Shown: positions 39,623-54,221, numbered from the stretch's first letter. The stretch: DNA of 64,000 nt from Paramecium tetraurelia (GCA_000165425.1 CT868540.1:248001-312000), one strand, 5' to 3'. Program-made: numbers and translations. The notes: generated by a model from the letters alone, not told the origin.

Positions 39623-40376
39623 ATGAAACAAAGCGAACAGGTTGTTCTTGCATCCTAATAGCCTGGATTGATAGATACGTCAACTAAAAGATTGATATCC
39701 AAATCCTCTTCTTAATTTTAATCACCTTCTTTTTAACAACCGGTTGTTACAAGACGCATACATAGGAAATTAGTACCAATGGATGGTGGTATAAGATACT
39801 TGATAATATTTAGAGGCTGAGGAAACTGTTGTTTAACCTATTCAACCTCCTCCTTAACCAATTGTCCATCCTGTTCAATAAATGATTTGGCCAGTTGCAG
39901 TTTAATTTAATGAAGATGATGCATTAGCAAAAATTAGAGAAGAAAAAATGTTGGCACTTCTTGAACGATAGTCTGAAATGCTTACAAATTTACTATAGAA
40001 GTATAAAAGATTGGAAGAGGAATAAACAAATAAAATATAAAGGAGAATAAAAGAACTGGAAAGAGAAAATGAAGAAATTTGGTAAAGGAGAAGATAGAAT
40101 TATTTGATATACAATGTCTCTTAATCAGTAGATTAAAAATTAAAGGAATTTAATGAATTTCAAATGCGCCCATTTTTGGACTAAGGTTAGCCTGTTCTTT
40201 TAAAGCCAATTCATTAGGATGATCGACTATTTTTTGACAAGAAAAAGAAGAAACCAAAGCCTAAGAAAGTAGTTGAAGTTGATGATGGACTGGTTCAAGA
40301 CCCAGATACAGGAGAATTATGGGATCCAAAAACTGGAGAAGTTGTACAACAATCCCTTCCTTAATTACCATATTGA
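39623..40376 (+). CDS. Hypothetical protein, P/Q-rich N-terminus and coiled coil
   Basis: ATG-to-TGA coding frame under code 6, ending QDPDTGELWDPKTGEVVQQSLPQLPY. Confidence 0.7.
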
Positions 40377-41142
40377 TTATAATTCATTGTTATTATTTTT
40401 AATACTATTTATAACTTCTTATAAGTGTTTAAATTAGATCAATTGAAATATTCCATACAATTACAATAATCTAACTGATACAATTCTATATAGACATTGA
40501 TAACGATTAATTAGGTTCAGGAATTTATTAAAAATCTTATTTAAATAGAATATTAAGAACATAAAGTTTATGTATAAGTTAAGATATTAATTTATTAGAA
40601 ATAGAGACCACTTTAGTTTATGGGTTAACATGTATCTCTGATAAATAATAAATGAGCTAATGATTATTGAATATCATGATAATCATATATTTAGATAGTA
40701 GGTAAATTACTAGTTATTTTAAGTATTTTTATATATATAAAATTATAAAAAAATTAATATTTAGCATTTAAATTAAAATAACAGAAATCCTAATCATACA
40801 ATTTAATAAATAAATATTTATTAATTATATATATGCCTAATATAACCTCTATTTTTAATTATTTATCGATCTGTCTTTGTGACATTCTTTTTCAATGAAC
40901 TTAGATCTACTGATTTGAAGAAAATAACAAGTATTGTTTTACTAGTTTTTTACTAACTATGCAAAATAAAGTTTGTTTGATATTATAAAATTTTGATATG
41001 AATAAAACTTAACTTATATAATGTTGAATTGATATATTTTGTTGAATTTTGTCGAATTATTTAGCTTTCTCAATATTGTCTTGTTGAGAAATAGATAAAA
41101 TTATAATTATAAAGTAAATGTAAAGATAGTTATCAAATTTAC

Positions 41143-41484
41143 TCAGGAAATAGAGTCACTATCTGAAGAGACTTCTGCTATTGTATCATCATATATGTAT
41201 TTTTCTGTTTCATCAGTAATAACACGCATTTATTTGTTTTTCAAATATTTAGGTTTTCTTTGCCTAATAGATTTGATATATATTTTAATTTCAGCTACTA
41301 TTTTCTCAAACTTTTCATTTTCTTCTGATTTATAAATAGTATCAAGTGTTTGCACAAACTTTGAATCATGATTGATTATTATATCTAAAAATAAATGATG
41401 ATTTGAGACTTTTTAAATTTTCCTTTTCATTGGTTGTGATAATCTAATTGGCAGACATCTGTTGGACTATCTTAAACACGTCAT
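41143..41484 (-). CDS. Small hypothetical protein (113 aa)
   Basis: Uninterrupted MTCLRQSNRCLPIRLSQPMKRK...EVSSDSDSIS-TGA. Confidence 0.6.
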
Positions 41485-42602
41485 AGTAAAATTATTATTA
41501 CAACATTTTATAATAAAAACAATCATTTATATTAAATACTTAATGGTTCAAACTTTTCAACATTTAGCTCAATAGTATTCACATTACTTAAAGATTGAGC
41601 ATCGCTAAGTAAATGATAAGTTATATTGTCTTATCATAACTTGATTCTCTTAAAAAGTGACATTGTAATATAATTCTGATCAAGCAATTCTCCTTAAACT
41701 CTTCTGATTGTTATAATCCTACCAATATATTTATCTTTAACCATTCATTAAGTTCTCAACTAAAGTTCCTACTTTAATACATGATTTAATAGAAACATTT
41801 AAGTTATTATTTCCTCTATAATATTAATTTAAGAAGATATCCTCTTGGTTCTTAGTGTTCTACCATATAATCATAGATAAGATATGACTCTAGCTTTTAC
41901 AATAATATGGATTTTGAATAATTCATTAAATAGAATTAAGTCTTATAACTCTGAATAATTTGTTTTTTTATGTTGATTTTTCTAAGCATATATATTTCTT
42001 TTTCGTGTTTGACTTGGTTTTACAATCATTATTACTCTCATTTTTAGCATCCATATAGATATTGAATTATTATTACTTTTACTAATATGAATTATAAATT
42101 AAAAATAGTCTCTATATTTACTTGTTAGCTTTCCTTTAAAACCTATTTTCATATATAAGGCAGTTATTGCATAGAACTTTAATTTTTAGGCAAATTTGTT
42201 TTAATTATGAACAACAATCTCTTCTATATTAATAATATATTATTCAGAATAGAAGAAAATTTGTTTAAATAAAAACCTATATGATTGATTGTTCTTTAGG
42301 TAACCAAGATTCTAAAAAATTAAAATTTAAAATATATACTTTAAGATTATGAACATAACGATCCCTTTTAAAATTCATAGATAAAGTTAAAATTGATGAA
42401 TTATCAATTAGGTTTGTTTCCTCGATATTCAAATTACTAATATAGACTTTTCTAAAGGTGTTGTAATAAGGATCTGAAAATTTCCATAATAGAATAATAG
42501 GTATAAGGATATCGGTAGGGATTTTATTCACTAAATTATAGCGAATTCATGCTATGTAATATATTGAAATAATATTCAATATATATAGATTAAATAAAAT
42601 AA

Positions 42603-43696
42603 ATGATTGGCAAATAAATCTTTCGTGCATTTTCATCAACCACAGCTCCATATGTGTGGGTCAATAAGCACACCAAAGTGATATGCTAAGGTATCACTGG
42701 TAATTAGGTATACAGTTTATTCTTAAACTAGGGCACATTCTAAACTGAATAAGCATTGAACTACTTTACAAAAATGGTTGGTGGAGTGTCACCTAAGAGT
42801 AATTATCTATCCTATAAACTTAGAGGCTGGAAGTACTCATCTTGGCTTACCTGTTTTCAAGGATTGCCAAGAAGCCAAATCAGCCACAGGATGTGATGCA
42901 TCTGTGATCTATGTGCCTCCTCCTACAGCAGCATCAGCCATTATTGAAGCCATTGAGGCATAAATTGGCTTAGTGGTATCATACTTTATTAAAATGAAAA
43001 GGTTGTCATTACTGATGGAATTCCTTAACATGATATGATTAAAGTTAAGCATGCTCTAAGATCCTAATCAGTTACACGTGTTATCGGAGTATTAAATTCA
43101 TAAAATCATCTAGCCTAATTGTCCAGGAATTATCAAGCCAAATGAATGTAAAATTGGTATCATGCCAGGATACATTCATTAAAATGGAAAGATTGGTATT
43201 GTCTCTAGATCTGGTACTCTTACATATGAGGCTGTCGATCAAACTACAAGAGCTGGTTTGGGACAATCAACAGTCGTTGGTATTGGTGGAGACCCTTTCA
43301 ATGGAACTAACTTTATTGATGTTTTGGAGAGATTCATGGTTGATCCAGAAACAGAGGGTATCTAATCACAATATATTCATTAAGGTATTGTTATGATCGG
43401 AGAAATCGGTGGAGAGAATGAGGAAATGGCTGCTGATTGGATCAAGAAAAATAATCCTAAAAATAAACCAGTTGTTGGATTTATTGCTGGTATCACAGCA
43501 CCACCTGAAAGAAGAATGGGACATGCAGGAGCTATTGTGTCAAGTAAATTTATCATTTATTGATTTAATAGAGGGCAAGGGAAGTGCACCTGAAAAGATT
43601 AGAGCACTTGAATAAGCAGGTATTAGAGTTGTGAAATCACCTGCTTAAATTGGTAAAACTATGTTGGAAGTCATGAAAGAAAAAGGATTAGCATGA
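42603..43696 (+). CDS. SUCLG1: Succinyl-CoA ligase alpha subunit, mitochondrial
   Basis: [49 protein letters not shown], phospho-His motif RRMGHAGA. Several tiny introns. Confidence 0.97.
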
Positions 43697-44082
43697 GTTT
43701 ATCATCTAATTTTTAAGTAATATTTTCATTTATGAATAATTAATTGATTCTCTAAAATTTAATTATTCTCACTTTCTGGTTGTTTAGTAAAGTGAAATAA
43801 ATTAATTATGAATTAGAATATTTATCTAATAGGATTTACAAATAGATTCTTAATTTAAATAGGTCAAGTAAGTCTGGTATTTTGAATATTGAATGAGAAT
43901 TAAAAATATTTAAACATAATTTCAATAACTTAATCAATTTTGGAATTTCTTTCATTAATTTCCATTAATAATATTTAACAAATATCTAATCTATTGTGTG
44001 AAAAGTTAAAGTTAATTGATTTACAATATGTATTATATTGAATATTAATTAATATCAAGAGACTTTATATTAAAAAAAGCTT

Positions 44083-46465
44083 TCAAATTTAACTCCAGAG
44101 ATCTTCCACTGATTTTTGTTTTTATTTCAGTTTGGAACTAAATTTTAATGTAGATGGATTACCTTTGGACAGGAGATTAATTTTGTTTAGGTTATGGCTT
44201 CGTTTACATCAATTTCACTAATTGTCCTGTTGATTTAGCCATTGGATCATTTTATTTATTTATCAGTATTATTTTATTTGGGGAGTCACTTGTTGATTTA
44301 CTAAAAGAGTATTGGCCTTTTATATGACTTCTTGTTGGTTGTAAGCCATCCTTTAGCATTTTTTATAATTAATTTAATTCTTTAGCAACATTTCCTAAGC
44401 TTTATTCGCTCTATTAAGAAGTTAATTATTCAAAAATTCTATCAACTGATTTTCTAGCATTCTCAATTAAAGTGCTTTATTCTGTATTTTATTTTTTCTT
44501 CATTTATTCTAATTCATTTTTGCTTTTATCTAATTCAGTTCTTGTTAATTTCAAATCGAATTAGATTTATTTATTGATTTCAATCTAATTTTTAAGTTCA
44601 TAAGATATAAGTGCATCAGATTAGACTTATTAATTAGTGTGTAAAGTTTATACAGGTATTGATTCCAATTTCTAAATTTATAAATCATTTTAAATATCTA
44701 CAACCTTTTCTTTGTTAAATTAATTTTGATTTTGCAACACTAGAGGAATTTCAACCTTATTATTCAATAGTAAGTCTTCAAATTATTCCAATCTAATTTA
44801 CTTTGAATGAAGTTGATCCTCATTCTCTTTTTATAGTTTTTCATAAACATCCAATTCTTCCTATAATTGAAGAATGGTTTCATCCCTATCATTTAACCTA
44901 TTAGTTAATGCTATCATAATATCTCTTTATTTTAACAATAATTGTTTATACTTATCTGTTTATGCTTTATCCTCTTCAATTGATTGCCTCTCTTTTTCTA
45001 ATTCAGTTAATTTTTCTTAGTATTACTATCTTATCAGTCTTTATTATTTCTCTAAGGCACTTTGAAATTAAGGAGTTTCTTCTATCTTTTATCCACCTAC
45101 TAGCATCTGAGAATTCAATGCTGAAATCTTCTCTTCTAATAACTTTCTCAATTCAGTTTCTTTGAACAAATCTTTCGATCTTTATTCATAAGCAGATTGA
45201 GCTTCTTGCTTATCTTCCAAAGCCTTCTGTTTTTCCTTTTCTAATTCATTAACTAGATTTTCAAGTGGTTATTTTGATCTCTCCTCTAATTCTGATTTCA
45301 ATTTCTAAATTTCTAACTAATATTTTCTTAACAAAGCCCCTTGATCTCCATCTTAATTCACAATTGGAGTATTTTTAATTGTTTTAGCTCTATTTGCAAA
45401 TTTTAAAGTTGATAAGGACTCTCCAAATGCATCAATTGCTGGTGATATCATGGCCATAAAGGTAGTTTTGCAATTCCCACCGAGAGAATCTTCTAACAAT
45501 CTTGTTATTTTTGAATCTCTATAAGGAATATGAGGTTTAGAACCTTTATTTTCGGTTAAAGCAGCAATGACATTTCCTAAAGCAGACAAAGAATAATTAA
45601 TTTTTTTAGATTCTTCTAATCTTTGACCTGTTGCTCCTGTTACTCTCACTCTCTCACTACCAGCCAAATCTACCAAATTCAATTTACCAACTTTTGCAGA
45701 TTTTCCTTCTGCTTTCTCTTCTATCTATTCAACAGTAATAATGAAAACAGCATGACTTCTTGAACTTGTATCATTCATTCTTGTACTTGCTGTTACTCTT
45801 TTAGCATTGCCTTTACGCATTAATTAATAAATTTCAGCTGGACCTCTTACTGCCCATTCCGACAAGTTTTCAACAAAAACTCCTCTTTTTTTATCTTCTC
45901 TTATATTCAAAGATGCAGAATCTCTTAGTAAATCACTAATGATTTCATTATATATCTGTAAATATGATGCTCGGACCATAAAGGTTGTAGATGAATTACT
46001 TTTCATTTAAATGTGATTAAATATGTTATGCAAAGATCTTGGTATAATACCTAACTAATCTGAATTAGGATTGAAACTAAATCCATGCATTGTGTATGTT
46101 TTACCAGTTCCAGTTTGACCGTATGCAATTATAGTTGAATTGTATCCTTACAAAGTTGAATCTACTGATAACGCTGCTGTGGTATTATATACTTATTCTT
46201 AGGTGCTGTCTTAATCATAGACATAATCGAATGTAAATTAATGGAGAGTGTAATTTGATGGATTTGAAACATATTATTCTAAATCTTCATCAGGAACAAG
46301 TTCTATTGCATGATAATCAAATATGCAAAGTTATAAATTATCTGGAGCAACCTACACTGTTGAGATGAATTTGCCATCGCGAATTTCTCTAGCCATCGGT
46401 GGACGAACTCTTATAACTACTCTTAAGTTTTCATTGTTTGGAGTTTAAACGTTGTTTTATTTCAT
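44083..46465 (-). CDS. Kinesin motor protein (N-terminal motor, coiled-coil tail)
   Basis: VVIRVRPP, P-loop [10 protein letters not shown], switch I NDTSSRSH, switch [24 protein letters not shown]. Confidence 0.96.
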
Positions 46466-46602
46466 TGTATAAACTTGTAAATTTTATTTTATAAAATAAA
46501 GTGAAAAGGGACTATTTTTATTAATATTTTTATTTCCTATGTTTTCTGGATTTTATATTATAATTAATTTTGCGCGACGTTAATTATTTTAACGAATAAA
46601 TA

Positions 46603-47847
46603 ATGGAAATTAAGTACAACAGATCACTAAGCGGAAGTTCCTGAAAATCAATTGCAATAACCCTTAAGAAGAATTACCAAGACCTATATTGAAAACAGAG
46701 ACCCTGTAAGAAAGAATTTGACCATGTTGTATAATGAAGGTAAATCCATCATGTATAAAACCAAGACACTCAACAAATCAACAAATCGATGCTTAGTAGC
46801 AACAATGACTTAAGAAGGAAAATGATGAATTAAGAGAGAGTGAAGCGATCACTCAATCAGGATGTATTGGAAGACAAAGAAAATGTGCCCCAACACAAAG
46901 GACTCCCCACTAAACTCTATACTTTGCCTCAGGAATTGTAGAACATCACATTGAAGCCAAAATTTGATCACACCATTCAAGAAAATAAAAATCTGTAAAA
47001 GTTTTACACAGAGGAAATATTTTTCTATTTAAAAGAATAAGAAGTATTTAACAATAAAAATTCATTTAGAAAAAATCAACACCATAAGAATTTTTGAAGA
47101 ATCACTCAATTCCCAGTAATTTGAGAGCTAAAATGATTGATTGGATGGTTGAAGTACTGTGCTCTTATAAATGCACCGATTAAACATTCTTCGTTGCTGT
47201 GAGAACCTTGGATTTCTATTTTGCAAAAAGTGAAAAGCACATTAGAAGTGTCTGATTTACATCTCTGTGGTGTTACATCTATGTTCATTGCTGCCAAATA
47301 TGAAGAAATTCACCCAATGAAATTATCTGTTGTTTATGAGAAAATAGCTCATAAAAAATTAACAACTGATCAAATTAAAAAGAAAGAGAGTGACATTCTC
47401 TAAACTATTGGATTTGATCTAGTTGGGGGAACACTATTTGACATGTACAATTTAATTCTTACTAATTGCTTTATTGAAAGCTAAGCTTGCTTGAGAAAAA
47501 TTACAAATATTTAAAAAAACTATGTTTGTATCTTTCCAAAATGGTTTTGTTTGATTATGAGATTTGCGGCAAGTATAATTATACTTTATTGGCTGCTGCT
47601 TTAATTTTTGTTGCATTTAAAATAGTTGAACAATTAGATACTACTTTCAATGCTGATAGTTAAGTATATAATTTTATCTATTTCATAGATTAAGGATGTT
47701 GCTTAAATTATTTAAGTTGATCAAGATTAGTTAGTAGAAGTTGCAGCAAAAATCTTGAATTTGGCTAAAAACTTTGAGAAACACTTTCCCAATTTAGAAA
47801 ATTTAAAAAAATTTAATGGATTTTAGTTAGAAGATGATGAATAATGA
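46603..47847 (+). CDS. A/B-type cyclin with apparent frameshifts (pseudogene or assembly errors)
   Basis: Cyclin box LRAKMIDWMVEV, LHLCGVTSMFIAAKYEEIHP, C-terminal box YLSKMVLFDYE..LLAAALIFVA and a KEN motif. Frame breaks at ~46632, ~47238 and 47478-47487. Confidence 0.85.
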
Positions 47848-47930
47848 CATATTAATATATATTACTTTTATAAATAAATATGTGGCAACCAAAAAAAAAT
47901 ATTTCTAATGTACTTCTATATTTTAATAAA

Positions 47931-48413
47931 TCAATCAGCTTTCTTAGTGCTTTCAGTTGTGTGTTTTTCACCCTTTCCTTTTGTTGACACTTTGGCAGAT
48001 GCCTTTCTTGCTAACAATTATTTTCTGTCTTCATTGAGGTATGGTTTTGTGATAATGCATTATGATGCTCTGATTGGGATTTAGTATGGCATTCCTACAA
48101 TAACAATTATTAATTTACCATTGGCTTTTGTTCTTGTGAGTTTCTCGATTTAAATAGTCCACCTCTTTCTATAAACCGAAGAAACTTTACCCTTTGTTCC
48201 CTTATGTGTGCCTATGCTCAATTTTACAATCATACCCCTAACAACAGTGACTTCATCATCCTTTCTAACTGGCAATGCTCTAACATTGTATTTCTTTCTT
48301 AAATCTTTAGATAGATGAGCGCTCATTAATTTATATCTGAGGTTTGATGGTGCTCCTAATTGGGCTCTTCTGCCCTTTCTTCTTTAACTTGAAACTTCGA
48401 CATGGGTTTTCAT
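47931..48413 (-). CDS. RPL26: 60S ribosomal protein L26 (uL24)
   Basis: [54 protein letters not shown]. Two 24-nt introns. Confidence 0.97.
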
Positions 48414-49238
48414 TTTGAAAAAGATTTAATTAAAAATTAATTTTTTGTTTTTTCTTCACGAATTTCATGAATTTCATACAATATATTTCCAAATAATACA
48501 TTTTTATTTAAATACTATTCAAAAAACAATATAATTAAATTTCCTTTCATTCCTTTTATTATTACTTTCTTATAAAGGATTATTTAGTAAATATGCATTA
48601 TTTATGAATAAGACTCTTTATTATATTATTAAAAAACATAAATTGATATTCAATAAAATATTAAATAATCTATTATTAAATGATTCTCAAAACTTGATTT
48701 TAATATTAAATATGTAACCTAAAAATTATTATGATATTTTATGAACATATTTAATATAGATTTATATAAATGTAAAATTTAATTCATTTGTTGTTTAATT
48801 ATTCTGTTAAAATAATAAATATTGTTCAAAAATGAATGGTCTAATAAATATTTCATAAAAATATAAATAAAATCCAATTGCTTAAATTAATAATTGATTT
48901 TTAATCTATATTAAATTCAGGATTGATATTATAACACATAGTTTAAAGAGGCCAAAGTAAGCACCAATATTGTATGATTAGTTAAGGAAATAAGTAACGC
49001 TTAAAAATCCTAAATACAAAGTTTATAAATTATTCCGAAAAACAACTTGAAATCGATATTATTAATATTTGATCACTTATTCAATAGATGTTGATGAAGA
49101 TTTAAGGGTATTGATAAAATTTTTATTCATTTTTTATATTAATAAATTTAGAATAAAATATTATATATATAAAGTATGGGTTAGCAAAAGGAAGATGATA
49201 TGTGAATAGAATTAATTAATTCTGAATGAAAATAAAAC

Positions 49239-49547
49239 TCATGCACCGAATCCATAGAGTGTTCTTCCTTATCTCTTTAAAGAGTAAACGACATCCATAA
49301 CAGTGACGGTCTTTCTTCTAGCATGCTCAGTGTATGTGATAGCATCTCTGACAACATTCTCTAAGAAACTCTTTAAAACATTTCTTGAGTCATCATAGAG
49401 GAATGATGAAATTCTCTTGACTCCTCCTCTTCTAGCTAATCTTCTGATAGCAGGTTTTGTGATTCCTTCAATTGAGGCTTTGTTTGGTTTTCTTGCGTGT
49501 CTCTTTGCACTTACTTTACCGATTCCTTTTCCTGATTTTCCAGCCAT
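49239..49547 (-). CDS. H4: Histone H4, ciliate type, intronless
   Basis: [47 protein letters not shown]...[12 protein letters not shown]. True ATG at 49547, with Gln encoded by TAA. Confidence 0.98.
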
Positions 49548-49625
49548 TTTTGTATATTTTGAATTGAAATTAATATAATTTAAAAGTGGAGGTTGTATAT
49601 GGGATAAAAATCCAAATGATGCAAA

Positions 49626-49640
49626 AATCAGCCAATCAAA
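49626..49640 (-). promoter_or_regulatory. CCAAT-box-like element (TGATTGGCTGAT on the minus strand) upstream of histone H4
   Basis: ATCAGCCAATCA about 85 nt upstream of the H4 ATG. CCAAT/ATTGG boxes are typical of histone promoters. Confidence 0.45.
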
Positions 49641-49848
49641 TTTAACCATAAAAATTGATTTTTATTCATTCTAATATTTATATTATGCCTGTTTATTGTT
49701 ATTGTTTAATTGAATGAATATAAATTGACCAAAATTCGAGAGTATTTTGATTCAAAAGTAGACATTTCAAATTTTAATTATATTTTATTTACTTTAAAAT
49801 TATAATTAAAATTAATTAATATAGTAACTAAAATTTTACAAATAAGGT

Positions 49849-50856
49849 TCATTTTTGTTGATTATCATCGTTATTATTAATTTTTGCTCTGCATATGGGA
49901 CACGAATTATTGCCAAAAAACCATTTTTCAATACAATCAATGTGAAATAAATGTTAGCATGGTAGTAAAATACATTGACTTTAAAATGAACAGAGACAAA
50001 TAGAACAAATATCCTTTGATGTATGTTAAGTATGAACATATTTCATTAAAACAGAACGATTTTCTTTTTTGATCTTAAAAATCATCAGTAAAAATCTTAT
50101 AAGTCTTGGAAGGGAAGTGAACATATTGATAAATAATCGAACTATCATGTCAATTAGATTGATAAAGCAATTAATAAAAAGGAATAGTAGTAGTAGAGTC
50201 ATTGTTATAATCGTGAGTGTAAGTGGTAATGTAATTAATGCAAATTCTGAGAAAATCAAATATTAATTAACCTTGGATTCTTAGATTATTAAATTAAAAT
50301 ATAACACATAGATCACTATAGTTATAATTAGGACAGTAATAAAAGATTTTCTATGAAAAATAGTAAATTCCTGAATAAACTTCTTGATTGTCAATTTTGT
50401 GGCTACATTAAAATCTACTAATCTTATTTCAACTCTATTCTCTGGATCGATAGTTTTATCAGATTTTAATATTTCTAAGAATATTTTCCTTGTGATTGTA
50501 GATTTCGATCCAATACACTTAATTTGTTTTTTTGCTTACAATATTAGATATATGCATGTCAATAATTTGAAAAATAATCCTATTGCAATAAAAACTAATT
50601 TGAATTCTAGACTAATGATTAAGACAGTCAAACAACCGAAAAAGGTAATAGCTTCGTAACAGCTGAATAAGATGATCGCAGTTTACAGTTTCTTCAAAAA
50701 ACCTTAAGATCTCGATAAGCAATCTGACTCACTGATGGATTACGCTTTTAAGTAGTTCAAAAATAACTCCGAGATTTCCTGGGTTTTAGGAAGACCAACA
50801 TCTCCCGTAGTATCAAGTTTTTCAGAATAATTATTAGAAAGTCTTCTATGGCTCAT
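49849..50856 (-). CDS. Multi-pass membrane RING-H2 E3 ubiquitin ligase
   Basis: Intronless 335-aa frame with several hydrophobic helices and a C-terminal CSICLCSFQSQCILLPCQHLFHIDCIEKWFFGNNSCPICR. Confidence 0.88.
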
Positions 50857-50928
50857 AAATTAAATTGATAATGAAATATATATTTAAAAGTGTTTCAAAT
50901 ACTTGTTTACTTTTTTATAAACATATTA

Positions 50929-52007
<1,079 letters not shown>

Positions 52008-52678
52008 CGATTATTATAAATTTACAATTATATTAATCAAATATAAAGAGAACTTTTTATGAATTAAGTCTGATTGAAGTATAAAATTAGTCATGTTCCT
52101 ATCTCCAATAAAATGACTGAGACTGTAAGAAACAAAGGCTGTTAATTTGATCGATTCTGCAAAATAATCAAATTCCAGTGTAATTTAAAAGCCAGAACTT
52201 TAATACATGATTTTTAAATCTTTAGTAAACAAATAATTTATCGTCCCTTGATATTTTCATTTTAAATACTTTAGAATTTTTAATAAAAACTTAGTTGTAT
52301 ATTAGTTGAACTAATATTAAGTATTATACAAAAATATTATTAGTTTATATGCTTTTCTTCTTAGATTTATAATTATTTACAGCTAGACATACAGATAAAA
52401 AGAATTGGAGAAGAAGTAGATAAAACTTCTGAAATTTTTGAAAATGTATTAAATAGAATTTAAAAATAAAATGAGAATATTAAATTGTCCAAATAGCAAA
52501 ATATCCAATCACTTTACTATTTTTTTGTAAACTATTTTTGAAAATAGCAGTTGATAAATTTATACCTTGAATTTTTAGATTAAATTGAGATCTTAAATCA
52601 TTTGCAGGAACTTCAAATGTATATTTTTGAATTATACAAAAAGATTATTTATAAAAAATAATTTTTAAAAAGAACAAA

Positions 52679-54221
52679 ATGTTTCTCTATTTATTTTACT
52701 TCTTTGTAACTGGACTTGGAATAAAAGAAATATATATTAATTAGGATTACTTTTATCAAGGAAAATTTTACAATTTGGAGGATTCTGAATACAGCGTGGT
52801 GTAAGAGGTAGAACAAGGAACTCTGTTATTTCAAATTACAAAACCTGACTGTTAGAAATATCTTTAGATAGAGTAATAATAATAGTTAATAAAAGATTAA
52901 TATTCACAACACCAACTGATGGTGATGTCAATTCGTAGTTTACAATTAATCAAAACAGTCCTCCTTCGGTTTTAGGCAACAAAAGTTTAAATGCTACATA
53001 TACTGATATGAATGGTGATTATCTCCACAAAAGCTATCAAAACATAGTCATACCCCCACTTTCCTATAAATAAGGTGATAAATTTTACATCACAAATTTA
53101 ATAAGGGAAGAAGGGAAAACTTATTCATATAAGATAAGAATATCACAAAGCAATGATGTTCCTTGTCCTAACAAATGCACATCAGATTCTTTAGGCTCTT
53201 GTTAATTTGGCTCATGTTCATGTAAATTAAATAGAGTCGATTTGGATTGTTCCAAGATGGCTACTCCCATCTTGGTAGACAATAAAATGGAAAATGTGAC
53301 AATAAGTGGAACACAGTATTTCTATTTTCAACAAAAGACTTAGTTAGAAACTATTTAATTAGATTTAGAATTCAAAAATGTACTGTTTTCTTAACATTCT
53401 TCAATCTTTGTATATATAATGTTTGAAAATTTTGTCTATGGAGTTGCTACCTCCTAATTTAATAATTACACCTACTCCCTTTCTCAAGATTCTACAACCT
53501 TAACAATATCAGACATTATACCTGTTAAACAATTAAATCATAACTAAGATTTATAGAGGTAATTATTTAATGTAACTCTAGGTTTAATCGCCTTTTATTA
53601 ACATTTGTTGTTCCTGGTACAAGTGATCTTAACATTAATATCAGCCTCCCATCTCCAGACGCTGGAGCGAATATAAATTAGATTCTTATTTACCTCTTGG
53701 TATCTCTAGCTGCCATCTTAGTGCTTACATGGATTATAATTACTCTGATCAGATGTAGAAGAAATAATAGAACTAGAATATTTCCATTTCCACAATAAGC
53801 ACCTCTGGAGATATAAAAATAGTAAATCAATTTAGAATAATTTGATTATTATATGGTTAAAATTCCCTGGTCTTAGTTAGATCATCACCCATTTATTATA
53901 GAAAAGAAGATTGACTATAACTAATTTGAAGGTTGTAGTATTTGCTTAAGTGAATATGGTAAAGATTCAGTATGTAGAGTTACACCTTGTATACATGTAT
54001 TTCATGCTGACTGTTTATTAGAATGGTTGAAAAATTAAAAAATAAATCCATCGTGTCCAATGTGTAGAGATGAATTTACAGAATAGAAATTAGAAGAATT
54101 TGCATAGTAAATGAATGACTACAAAAAAGCCTAATAATAAAAAAAAAAAAGTATTGTCAGATATTAAAATGAAAATTCTTTATTGATGATATAAGATGGA
54201 ATTTAACCGTTGTCTTAATGA
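52679..54221 (+). CDS. Type I membrane RING-H2 E3 ligase with an extracellular EGF-like module
   Basis: Signal peptide MFLYLFYFFVTGLG, CPNKCTSDSLGSCQFGSCSCKLNRVDLDCS, TM ILIYLLVSLAAILVLTWIIITLI-RCRR, RING CSICLSEY..CRVTPCIHVFHADCLLEWL..CPMCR. First in-frame TGA at 54219, with a coding-like tail continuing to ~54476. Confidence 0.85.

Noticed and set aside
46625..47490. Euplotes-type programmed +1 frameshifting in the cyclin
   Set aside because: That mechanism needs a stop codon (e.g. AAA-TAA) at the shift site. Here TAA is Gln and the sites lack that motif.
49548..49649. N-terminally extended histone H4 suggested by the ORF track
   Set aside because: The extension runs through AT-rich promoter sequence, and the conserved H4 start MAGK is at 49547.
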